This document shows, one piece after another, positions 1 to 6,598 of a stretch of 29,020 nt of DNA (positions within the stretch are counted from its first letter, which is position 1; each line of letters starts with the position of its first letter). Location: positions 1 to 29,020 of the IMG/VR virus record IMGVR_UViG_3300028569_000128; one strand, given 5' to 3'. This DNA is from a virus. Lineage: Duplodnaviria > Caudoviricetes. A model generated the notes under the pieces. The model saw nothing but the letters and a program-made list of their open reading frames with translations, ran no database searches and was not told the origin of the DNA. Made by a program: the position numbers and the translations under genes.

Positions 1-105
1 TTCACGCCTGACAACACCAGCTTCAACAGCATCAGTGGGTGGGTTGTAGCGGTAGCTGACTACCCCGTTGCGGTCAACGATGGTCATGTAACGTGCTAGG
101 TTCAT
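1..105 (-). CDS. 5' part of a gene running off the window; probable tyrosine recombinase/integrase N-terminus
   Basis: ATG at 105 overlaps the stop of the upstream gene. Translation MNLARYMTIVDRNGVVSYRYNPPTDAVEAGVVRRE resembles N-termini I recall for podophage integrases (RY..YR.NPP..V..GVV.R). The catalytic domain is not in the window. Confidence 0.5.
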   Translation of the reverse strand, partial: MNLARYMTIVDRNGVVSYRYNPPTDAVEAGVVRRE

Positions 106-293
106 AGCTTTGCCTTCACCCATGTGCGCTGTGCTGGCTGCTCTGCCAGTGCTTCTCGCACCCTGCGTTTTGCATCAGGACGATTGGACAGCAACTTGCT
201 TAAACCCTTGCTGTCATCTTGCAAAAGACCGGGAGGCCAACCAGTTTTCCCACCGTTGTTTTCAGTTGTTGTTGGCTTTTCATCTTCATTCAT
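102..293 (-). CDS. hypothetical protein (63 aa)
   Basis: GGAGA RBS before ATG 293; overlaps both neighbours (translational coupling). Confidence 0.65.
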   Translation of the reverse strand: MNEDEKPTTTENNGGKTGWPPGLLQDDSKGLSKLLSNRPDAKRRVREALAEQPAQRTWVKAKL

Positions 294-403
294 GTTTGTT
301 TCTCCATCATCCAAAAGATAAACGTCCACACCAACCACATGATGGTGATAGACACCACAGTACTGCCTATCCATATACTGATAAGTAACAGCTTATGTTT
401 CAT
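290..403 (-). CDS. small single-TM membrane protein (37 aa), missed by ORF track
   Basis: MKHKLLLISIWIGSTVVSITIMWLVWTFIFWMMEKQT*; ATGA overlaps at both ends; AGGAG RBS upstream. Confidence 0.65.
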   Translation of the reverse strand: MKHKLLLISIWIGSTVVSITIMWLVWTFIFWMMEKQT

Positions 404-603
404 TTAGTTTCTTCCTTAGGTTTCTTAGGCAGTGGTGCCCAATGTGTCCAGAACCTGTCATCACTACGCAACTCACCATACACAGCAACACCATGCACAC
501 TCAGTAGCTGCACCTTCGCAGACCTTGGGCATGTTGCAATGGGTTGCCAGTAGTATTCTGTGTCGACAATGGCTGTGCCATCTCTTGTTAGTCTAACTGT
601 CAT
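400..603 (-). CDS. DUF551-like small phage protein
   Basis: WQPIATCP...WTHWAPLPKKP motifs. Confidence 0.7.
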   Translation of the reverse strand: MTVRLTRDGTAIVDTEYYWQPIATCPRSAKVQLLSVHGVAVYGELRSDDRFWTHWAPLPKKPKEETK

Positions 604-701
604 GTGAGTATTAGTATGACAACACTGATGATGTACACCAGCATTGTCAGCTTCTCTTCTAGTGTGTACATGATGTTCTTTGTTGGTGCATGTCTCTCCA
701 T
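600..701 (-). CDS. possible small hydrophobic peptide (start at 701 or 671)
   Basis: MERHAPTKNIMYTLEEKLTMLVYIISVVILILT*; stop overlaps the next ATG; weak RBS. Confidence 0.35.
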   Translation of the reverse strand: MERHAPTKNIMYTLEEKLTMLVYIISVVILILT

Positions 702-759
702 GCTGTCACCGATTGTTGCCCTGCAAGGGCATCCCCATAGCGGTTAGGGCCATCAGCAT

Positions 760-1599
760 TTACGCTGCAACGTATTGGTCAGCGATGTTCCACAACTCTG
801 TGTTGATACGCACAGCTTCCTTGATGGAGTTGACTGGTCGAGCCTTACGCATCACACCTTCGGGCTGCTTGTCAGTGATGGATCGAATCATGGCATTGCC
901 ACGCACTACGCCTTCTTGAATGCGGTTGAACACAGTCCAAGCATCGTAGCCTTCGTCACCATTGCGGCGTACACTCATCACATCCTTGACTGTCTGTGCC
1001 ACAGCATAGGCACCCTTGGGTTGACCTGTGTAGTCGTCCCAACGGGTAGCAACACCAGCAATAGCCATGTCATGTACATCACCAACAGACAACGACACAC
1101 CACGCATCTTGTCAATGCGTCCCATCAAATCAGGCAGCGTAGCCACTGTGTTACGCAACATCTCTTCAAAACCAATCAATGCCCTGCTGTGATAGATGCG
1201 AGAATGAAAGCCTTCACCAGCCACGATGCCATTGGAGCAGATGAAACGGAATGCACCAGCGAAGAGCTTCACTGAACCTGTGCCATCGTGAGAGTTGTAG
1301 AGAATAATTTCAGGGCGAATTTCATCAGCGGTGGCAAGATCAACCACCTTGCTGAATGCCACCATGTGAGCAGCATGTAACGGGCTGGCCTTACGGCTAC
1401 GTTTCTGTGCAGCCTGTGTCGGTACATAGCCATAGTCTGCCATGATGGGCAGCACATCACTTGTGTTAAGGGAAATGTAACGGTCGGTCAAGCGGTCTGC
1501 CTTGGTGACGCTGAATACAGCAGGAGCACGATGATGTATCTGTTCCACTGTGAGAGCAGAGTTGTCGATGTTACGGGAGAAGATGACATGATTTGCCAT
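760..1599 (-). CDS. DUF932 family protein
   Basis: PEIILYNSHDGTGSVKLFAGAFRFICSNGIV and AWTVFNRIQE motifs; AAGGA RBS before ATG 1599. Confidence 0.9.
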   Translation of the reverse strand: MANHVIFSRNIDNSALTVEQIHHRAPAVFSVTKADRLTDRYISLNTSDVLPIMADYGYVPTQAAQKRSRKASPLHAAHMVAFSKVVDLATADEIRPEIILYNSHDGTGSVKLFAGAFRFICSNGIVAGEGFHSRIYHSRALIGFEEMLRNTVATLPDLMGRIDKMRGVSLSVGDVHDMAIAGVATRWDDYTGQPKGAYAVAQTVKDVMSVRRNGDEGYDAWTVFNRIQEGVVRGNAMIRSITDKQPEGVMRKARPVNSIKEAVRINTELWNIADQYVAA

Positions 1600-1646
1600 G
1601 ATTGTTTCCTTACTAGGTTGTGGCAACATTGCCGGGTTGGGCCTTC

Positions 1647-1676
1647 AGTGTAAAGGCTTTCCAGATGGCTTGTCAA
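1647..1676 (-). promoter_or_regulatory. sigma70-like promoter for the DUF932 gene, embedded in a long inverted repeat
   Basis: Minus strand TTGACA-18 bp-TACACT. Confidence 0.55.
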
Positions 1677-1702
1677 ATAAACCATCCAGAAAACCCTACA
1701 AA

Positions 1703-1942
1703 TTAGTCGGGATTTGCTTTCTTCACAAGCGGTGCAACCTCTGCCCATGCTTGCAAATGTATCACTTCGTTCTTCATGTTCAGACAGTAGCTGTACATAC
1801 CATCGATGTGGTCAAAAAACAACACTTCATCAATGCCTGTACCGTCCATCCACGGTAGCTTAATGTAGCTGCGAGGCTTCACCTTGTACAACTCACGCAC
1901 TGGCAGCACATCGAAGTCTGCAATATCAATTTCATTAATCAT
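1703..1942 (-). CDS. hypothetical protein (79 aa)
   Basis: Coupled ORF in the operon (FFDHIDGMYSYC). Confidence 0.75.
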   Translation of the reverse strand: MINEIDIADFDVLPVRELYKVKPRSYIKLPWMDGTGIDEVLFFDHIDGMYSYCLNMKNEVIHLQAWAEVAPLVKKANPD

Positions 1943-2106
1943 TTTGTTTCTCTTTCAATATCGTTTTCCAAAGCCACAGCACCATCGATGTAGCCTTGCT
2001 TGTATTGCTGTGCTTCCCAACATCCTGTAGGGGTGAAGAAGGGACGCATTGGTTGACTACGCAGGCCATGCATCCTGCCTAAAATATAGGCAACACTCTC
2101 ACTCAT
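1939..2106 (-). CDS. small protein with Rmf/CrpP-like pattern (55 aa), missed by ORF track
   Basis: MSESVAYILGRMHGLRSQPMRPFFTPTGCWEAQQYKQGYIDGAVALENDIERETK*; fills the gap between neighbours with overlaps at both ends. Confidence 0.65.
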   Translation of the reverse strand: MSESVAYILGRMHGLRSQPMRPFFTPTGCWEAQQYKQGYIDGAVALENDIERETK

Positions 2107-2374
2107 CTCTGACCTTCACCAATGCATCAGCAATCTTGTATGCATAGCGGCTCAGTGCCAGCGGGTCTTCAATGGCTACACCACTGGCAAGCACACCCTT
2201 AATTATTTCAAGACTGAAGGTGTCACGCAGGGATGGTTCAGCCTTCTCAGCGAATGAGGGACGGCCTCTGCTACGTGTTGTTTTCTCCAGCGTTTTCTCC
2301 GGCGTTTTCTCCAGCGTTTTTTCTGGCGGCCGTACAAAAGTCATTGACGTTTCATGCAAATTGTTATCATTCAT
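2099..2374 (-). CDS. hypothetical protein with EKTx repeats and an AT-hook-like RGRP
   Basis: C-terminal SLRDTF...AYKIADALVKVR resembles a common small phage family; contains RSRGRPS. Confidence 0.75.
   Translation of the reverse strand: MNDNNLHETSMTFVRPPEKTLEKTPEKTLEKTTRSRGRPSFAEKAEPSLRDTFSLEIIKGVLASGVAIEDPLALSRYAYKIADALVKVRDE
2279..2326. repeat. 12-bp tandem repeat (about 4 copies) encoding EKTL/EKTP
   Basis: ttttctccagcg / ttttctccggcg / ttttctccagcg / ttttttctggcg. Confidence 0.85.
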
Positions 2375-2375
2375 G

Positions 2376-2840
2376 TTAATTCTTTCTATAGAAAATGTGA
2401 TTGTTAATGATGGCTACTTTGTCCAGCGCCTTACGCCAAACTGGTTTCACCTTCTTCGTGTGGTAGTGGGTTGCACCAGATGTGACGTCCGGTAACACAC
2501 CTGTCATGGCCTGTGATGCTACAGCATAGAGCACAGATGTGTTACCAACGATGGGTTTGTCACGACCCTTCGCTGTGTTTGTCCAACTGAATTGCTTACG
2601 AGCATACACTGTGTCACAGATGGTCTGTACAGACTGTGCTGCCCTGTTCAATGTGACAGCAGCTACAGCCTGCATACCAGCCACACCCTCACCACGTGCT
2701 TCATGGTAGATGTTATTGAACATGCAGCACCACTCAGCAGCCACAGCATGGGATGGTACAGGTTGATGCTCACACGATGCTGTTGAGAGCAGCAAAGCGC
2801 TACAGAATACAGCGATGGGGATGTTTCGGGTGATGCTCAT
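2376..2840 (-). CDS. SleB-like cell wall hydrolase (Hydrolase_2) with N-terminal hydrophobic segment
   Basis: NIYHEARGE, AVAAVTLNR, KQFSWT, GATHYH, HIFY motifs. Confidence 0.92.
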   Translation of the reverse strand: MSITRNIPIAVFCSALLLSTASCEHQPVPSHAVAAEWCCMFNNIYHEARGEGVAGMQAVAAVTLNRAAQSVQTICDTVYARKQFSWTNTAKGRDKPIVGNTSVLYAVASQAMTGVLPDVTSGATHYHTKKVKPVWRKALDKVAIINNHIFYRKN

Positions 2841-3337
2841 AATGGTGCATCCTCATGGTTGTTGGGGTTGAATGGTGATCGTCGAGTGGGTGAAACGGCC
2901 ATACTGGTGAAGCCATATTTATATCTTTCATAGCTACGAATTTTGCTGGCACGCTCACTACGCTTATCAACAAACTTGACACGGGTGTCTCGCTCATTCA
3001 GTGCCATGCACAGGGTGGTGAGGTCACAGTCTTCTTCAAGGTAGGCATAGTCGCCACGTTGGTAGCTGAAGCAAGTGATTTTGTCGGCAATGCCGAGGTT
3101 GACTAGCACGTCACGGCGTACCTTGCCCCAAGCATGACCGGGATCGTTGTAGATGGTGATGGTGAATGACTTGCTCATGTTAGTTGCTTTCAGGGTTGCG
3201 GAAACCATCGGTGCTTTCAGCTTCAAGCTGTTCCAAAGCGTCTTGAATGTACCACTCAAACGCAGTACAGGTGTGTCGTCATCGGGGTTACGAAAACCAT
3301 CAGGGTTTTCTTGTTCGAGTTGGTCAAGCGTTTTCAT
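2837..3337 (-). CDS. conserved hypothetical phage protein (DPGH...YLEEDCD family); real start may be ATG 3178
   Basis: NDPGHAW...AYLEEDCD motif. Confidence 0.7.
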   Translation of the reverse strand: MKTLDQLEQENPDGFRNPDDDTPVLRLSGTFKTLWNSLKLKAPMVSATLKATNMSKSFTITIYNDPGHAWGKVRRDVLVNLGIADKITCFSYQRGDYAYLEEDCDLTTLCMALNERDTRVKFVDKRSERASKIRSYERYKYGFTSMAVSPTRRSPFNPNNHEDAPL

Positions 3338-3600
3338 GCTGTCACCATAGCGTTGTTGTTGATGGTCAAGCCTTCGCAGGTCACTGACACGATGGTGTCT
3401 TTGTTGACACAGCGATAGCCTGCAGTGTGCATATCAAACAACACCAGATATTTGGAGTGGTCGATAGTGCTTGTGCCACCTTTCAAGTGCTTGGTCACAC
3501 CGATACGACCGTTGAGGGTACGGGCTGTGCCATCTTTCTTGATGAAGGATACGGTGATGAACTTGCCCTTGCTTTGGGCGATGAAATCTACGATTTTCAT
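3334..3600 (-). CDS. WYL_2/SH3-like beta-barrel protein
   Basis: FITVSFIKKDGTARTLNG...FDM...YR; AGGA RBS. Confidence 0.75.
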   Translation of the reverse strand: MKIVDFIAQSKGKFITVSFIKKDGTARTLNGRIGVTKHLKGGTSTIDHSKYLVLFDMHTAGYRCVNKDTIVSVTCEGLTINNNAMVTA

Positions 3601-3624
3601 ATGTTTTCCTATGGAAGTTGATAC

Positions 3625-3672
3625 GATAGTGTATCGGTGATGGCCCTCATAAGACCATCACAGGACGCTATC
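3625..3672 (-). promoter_or_regulatory. intergenic long hairpin (candidate RNase III site)
   Basis: Minus strand GATAGCGT..GTGATGGTCTT-atg-AGGGCCATCAC..ACACTATC; pairing improves via G-U on the minus strand. Confidence 0.55.
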
Positions 3673-3832
3673 AGAATATCTTCGTCGTCTTGTCACCATC
3701 AACCGACCACACACTCACCACATCGGGGTGCATAGTCAAGCTAACTTTGTAAATGAAACTATACATTTCATTCTCGTTTGTGAATGTTTGTTGCCAAACA
3801 TGATCGTTCCTGAACTTCCAGTGCAGTGTCAC
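3671..3832 (-). CDS. hypothetical protein (53 aa, GTG start), missed by ORF track
   Basis: GGAGGT RBS; GTGA overlap with upstream stop; open to TGA at 3671. Confidence 0.65.
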   Translation of the reverse strand: MTLHWKFRNDHVWQQTFTNENEMYSFIYKVSLTMHPDVVSVWSVDGDKTTKIF

Positions 3833-3999
3833 AGTTCACCTCCACCCATGTAAGCCAATGTAAAGTCGGCAATTTCATCCTCGCTCAACCACTTGCCAGC
3901 AAATATATGATCGGAAGATAAATACTGTATTCCGTATGTATTTCGCAGACCTGCAGCAGCAAAGAAGAAGTCTTTGTGCATCTTGCGATATGTATCCAT
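3829..3999 (-). CDS. hypothetical protein (56 aa)
   Basis: ATG 3999 lies just after the upstream stop; coupled to the downstream gene. Confidence 0.65.
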   Translation of the reverse strand: MDTYRKMHKDFFFAAAGLRNTYGIQYLSSDHIFAGKWLSEDEIADFTLAYMGGGEL

Positions 4000-4001
4000 A
4001 G

Positions 4002-4382
4002 TCACCACCATGAGTCGTAGTACACAGCCTGCCCATCAGCCAGTGTCTCTCTTGCTTTAGCAATGAAGTCGGCCACGCTTTCGAGGTCACCGGGGTATAT
4101 CTCTGTCACACCGAAGAAGAACCCGTTGATGGGTACTAGCTTATTGTTACCTGTGTCCATCTCGAGGCGGTCTAGGTCTTCACTGGTGAGCCTCACTGTA
4201 GTGCAGTTGAAGCTAACTCGCAAGCCTTTTTTGCTACGGTAAAGCTGTTCCATCCAACCATGCAAAGCATTGAACTTGCGCCAGTAGAAAAGCTTTACAG
4301 CATTGTCACCCAATGCCACATCAGTGGCACCATCACCGACACTGTCAGCAGGGACAGTGAAAGCATACATGTCTAAGCCCAT
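4002..4382 (-). CDS. conserved phage protein (MGLDMY...YWRK family)
   Basis: MGLDMY, YWRKFNALHGW, GFFFG, YYDSWW; AAGGA RBS before ATG 4382. Confidence 0.85.
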   Translation of the reverse strand: MGLDMYAFTVPADSVGDGATDVALGDNAVKLFYWRKFNALHGWMEQLYRSKKGLRVSFNCTTVRLTSEDLDRLEMDTGNNKLVPINGFFFGVTEIYPGDLESVADFIAKARETLADGQAVYYDSWW

Positions 4383-4589
4383 TTTGTTTTCCTTTGGAAG
4401 AGTTGGTTTGAAACAACACAATCAACGATTGCGCTGTCAGAAACCAGCACCGTCTAATGGCGACCCCGCCACCACAGCGCTGTCCTCATGCATATTTTCA
4501 GTGCCATATGCTAGAGCACCCGCACAAGTCGCCTGTACGATGACGCTGGCCCATAGATGCATTCACACTGCACCCGACACCAGAAAACA

Positions 4590-4615
4590 ATTGTTAAAGA
4601 ACTGGTCTTGCGACC
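4590..4615 (-). promoter_or_regulatory. GCAA-tetraloop hairpin plus boxA-like antitermination element
   Basis: Minus strand GGTC-GCAA-GACC followed by A-GTTCTTTAACAAT; rrn boxA consensus is TGCTCTTTAACA. Confidence 0.65.
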
Positions 4616-4656
4616 CCGCCTCTGCGATGAAGGGCTTTTGTTTTGTTGTTGACGCT

Positions 4657-4686
4657 ATTATTTGATCAATGAACAAATAAAGTCAA
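4657..4686 (-). promoter_or_regulatory. sigma70-like early promoter upstream of the boxA leader
   Basis: Minus strand TTGACT-18 bp-AATAAT; the -10 is imperfect. Confidence 0.45.
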
Positions 4687-4847
4687 GAACTATTTTGTCG
4701 GTGTGGTTTTGCTGCAACATGCAAGCGCCCCCGTCCCTAAACTGTCCCTCTGAAAGTCAACCCAACCCAATGGCTATTCTAATACTTTCGTTTGTGACTG
4801 CTCTGCAAAGGACTGTTGTATAAAAACAACAACCCTTCACGCAACAT

Positions 4848-5033
4848 TCAATCCTTCAATGTGCGCCGTTCGCTATAGAACACCCGTCCCTTGTACATAA
4901 TAGCGTGATCATAACATGCAAGCCATTCTAGCGCATCTGCCCTTGTCAGGCTGTAGTGTTTCTTTTTGAAACCTATGCCGTGCACTGTATAGCCAATGTA
5001 GGGGGCCAATGTTTTGATGATGAATTTTTTCAT
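4848..5033 (-). CDS. hypothetical protein (61 aa)
   Basis: GAGG RBS before ATG 5033 (MKKFIIK...). Confidence 0.65.
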   Translation of the reverse strand: MKKFIIKTLAPYIGYTVHGIGFKKKHYSLTRADALEWLACYDHAIMYKGRVFYSERRTLKD

Positions 5034-5044
5034 GCTGTTTTGCC

Positions 5045-5227
5045 TCAAAAGGGTTTGACGTGATCTTGAAAAACCCGGCGGTTTCGCCCTTGATATTCGG
5101 GAATGTACACTGCAGGGTTGACTAACAAAGCCTTGATTGTGTCAATGCTCATGCCTGTTTTCTCTGCTATTTTTTCAATGCTCATATTGCATTCAAGGAA
5201 ATAATATCTCACATTTTTTTGTGTCAT
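5045..5227 (-). CDS. small HTH-like protein
   Basis: MSIEKIAEKTGMSIDTIKALL has an HTH pattern; AAGG RBS. Confidence 0.6.
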   Translation of the reverse strand: MTQKNVRYYFLECNMSIEKIAEKTGMSIDTIKALLVNPAVYIPEYQGRNRRVFQDHVKPF

Positions 5228-5250
5228 TGTTGACCTTTGGTTGACCCTGT

Positions 5251-5301
5251 AAAAACACAGGCCATAAAGGGCTATGTAAGCCCTTTACAGTCTATGTTTT
5301 C
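5251..5301 (-). promoter_or_regulatory. about 22-bp hairpin after the GP88-like gene (RNase III site or terminator)
   Basis: Minus strand AAAACATAGACTGTAAAGGGCT-tacat-AGCCCTTTATGGCCTGTGTTTT; one mismatch, several G-U pairs. Confidence 0.65.
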
Positions 5302-6174
5302 TTAATGCATAGCTATGATAATTGGCACACCTTTAAGCGCTTGCATGCCGCATGCGTGCCCCTTACCTGTACATGTTCCACATGTACCGGGACAAGGAAA
5401 AGCTTTGATTTTGAAAGCTTCACGTAAAGCCTTGTTTATTGCAGGTGTGCCGTGTTCGTGCCCTTTAACCTTTTTACCAATTGATACTGCTATAAATTCA
5501 CCCCTTGTTATTGGCAAGGCTTTAACCTTTTCGATGGTGTCAAAGCTTGCATTGTGACCCCCTGATATGTTAAGCATGTAATTAACGGGATAGCTTGCAC
5601 CATATGCAAGGATAGCTTCAAAGCTTTTTGAATACCCGTAAACCTTAGCTAACGGGAAATCCTTGATTGTGCCAAACCAAAAGGTGACATCATCATTATT
5701 TGCAAAATCACCATCAACGTATAAGCGCACATCATAAGCTTCACCCTTGAATGTATCGTTTACCGCTTGCAAAGCTTGCACAATGGCGGGTTGATTGTGG
5801 CGTAGCAAGAATGCATTCTGGCATTGGCGCGTGAATGCTGCAGGGTAGCGCCATGCACGAAACGAATAACAAAAATCAAGGCAAGCACCTGCACCGGGAC
5901 ATGTAACACCGGGAAGGCTTGAAAAGGATACAAAGGGGAGCTTGGAATTGCCATTTAAGGCAAATACGCTATACAAGGGCTTGCCTGTAGTGATAATCGT
6001 TTCAAGCTTTGCAAAGTTAGCTTGCCAGCCCTTTTTACCTGTGAACAATGGTGAAGCTTTAAGGGCTTGCAAGGCTTGAAGGGTTTCGTTAACTGTTCCT
6101 TTTTGAACAACAATGGCGAAGGCTTGAAGGGCTTTAAATGTATGAGCGCTAGAGGAAAAGGTTTTGATTTTCAT
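5302..6174 (-). CDS. GP88-like (gene product 88) Cys-rich, radical-SAM-like protein; first early gene
   Basis: GNSKL...TCPGAGACLDFCY, VRLYVDGDF, YGYSKS, CPGTCGTC...C; AAGGA RBS before ATG 6174. Confidence 0.8.
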   Translation of the reverse strand: MKIKTFSSSAHTFKALQAFAIVVQKGTVNETLQALQALKASPLFTGKKGWQANFAKLETIITTGKPLYSVFALNGNSKLPFVSFSSLPGVTCPGAGACLDFCYSFRAWRYPAAFTRQCQNAFLLRHNQPAIVQALQAVNDTFKGEAYDVRLYVDGDFANNDDVTFWFGTIKDFPLAKVYGYSKSFEAILAYGASYPVNYMLNISGGHNASFDTIEKVKALPITRGEFIAVSIGKKVKGHEHGTPAINKALREAFKIKAFPCPGTCGTCTGKGHACGMQALKGVPIIIAMH

Positions 6175-6229
6175 GACGTTGTTTCCTTTGAGGAAGTGAC
6201 ACCAACAATATCGTCGGCATAAAACTACA

Positions 6230-6246
6230 TGCAAACACTGTGCCAA
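6230..6246 (-). promoter_or_regulatory. sigma54 (RpoN) -24/-12 promoter
   Basis: Minus strand TTGGCACAGTGTTTGCA is TGGCAC-N5-TTGCA with exact GG-N10-GC spacing, about 55 bp upstream of ATG 6174. Confidence 0.75.
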
Positions 6247-6262
6247 CTATAGGTTTTGATGG

Positions 6263-6417
6263 TTATATACATGTTATCAACAATGCTTTTCATTCTAGAC
6301 AATGTAAGTTATGCACAGGCAAAACAGAAAAGGGCTAGTTGTTCAAGTTATGCACAAGATGCACTATTATGGTGATTTTGTGCGCTATTTTGGTGCTATG
6401 AAACACCATTATGCACT
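6263..6417 (+). promoter_or_regulatory. cluster of DnaA-box-like 9-mers
   Basis: TTATGCACA at 6309 and 6348 match TTWTNCACA; one-mismatch copies TTATATACA 6263, TTATCAACA 6274, TTATGCACT 6409. Confidence 0.55.
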
Positions 6418-6428
6418 GTTTTGGTGAT
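6360..6428. promoter_or_regulatory. three NtrC-like enhancer boxes
   Basis: TGCACTATTATGGTGAT 6360, TGCGCTATTTTGGTGCT 6381, TGCACTGTTTTGGTGAT 6412 versus consensus TGCACCA-N3-TGGTGCA. Confidence 0.65.
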
Positions 6429-6439
6429 TTTGACTTTGT

Positions 6440-6514
6440 AGGCTTTACCTTGTACCCGTTATAGGTCTATATAACTAAAACTAATATACAGGCTTTGTCT
6501 TATACCCGTTCTAG
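6440..6514 (+). repeat. 25-bp imperfect direct repeat, 50-bp period
   Basis: AGGCTTTACCTTGTACCCGTTATAG (6440) / AGGCTTTGTCTTATACCCGTTCTAG (6490). Confidence 0.8.
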
Positions 6515-6515
6515 T

Positions 6516-6530
6516 TGAGAATCATTCTCA
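6516..6530. promoter_or_regulatory. Fur-box-like 7-1-7 palindrome
   Basis: TGAGAAT-C-ATTCTCA versus TGATAATNATTATCA. Confidence 0.6.
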
Positions 6531-6585
6531 TTTGGAGACATTTCAACAATAAATCACCGATATACAATCAGTATTTTAAACATTG

Positions 6586-6598
6586 TAACCCATTGATT
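6586..6598 (-). promoter_or_regulatory. IHF consensus site
   Basis: Minus strand AATCAATGGGTTA matches WATCAANNNNTTR, in an AT-rich context. Confidence 0.5.

Noticed and set aside
775-1275. Plus-strand ORFs opposite early genes, and minus-strand ORFs opposite late genes (e.g. 7601-8137, 9941-10552, 14331-14879, 25108-25692)
   Set aside because: Antisense to well-supported coupled genes and lack domains.
2800-2997. Alternative ORF with MASPVWPF overlapping the 2837..3337 tail (possible frameshifted microgene)
   Set aside because: No independent RBS support; cannot be distinguished from chance without homologues.
4390-4650. tRNA or known riboswitch in the structured early leader
   Set aside because: No cloverleaf, T-loop GTTC pattern in context, or recognisable riboswitch consensus by eye.
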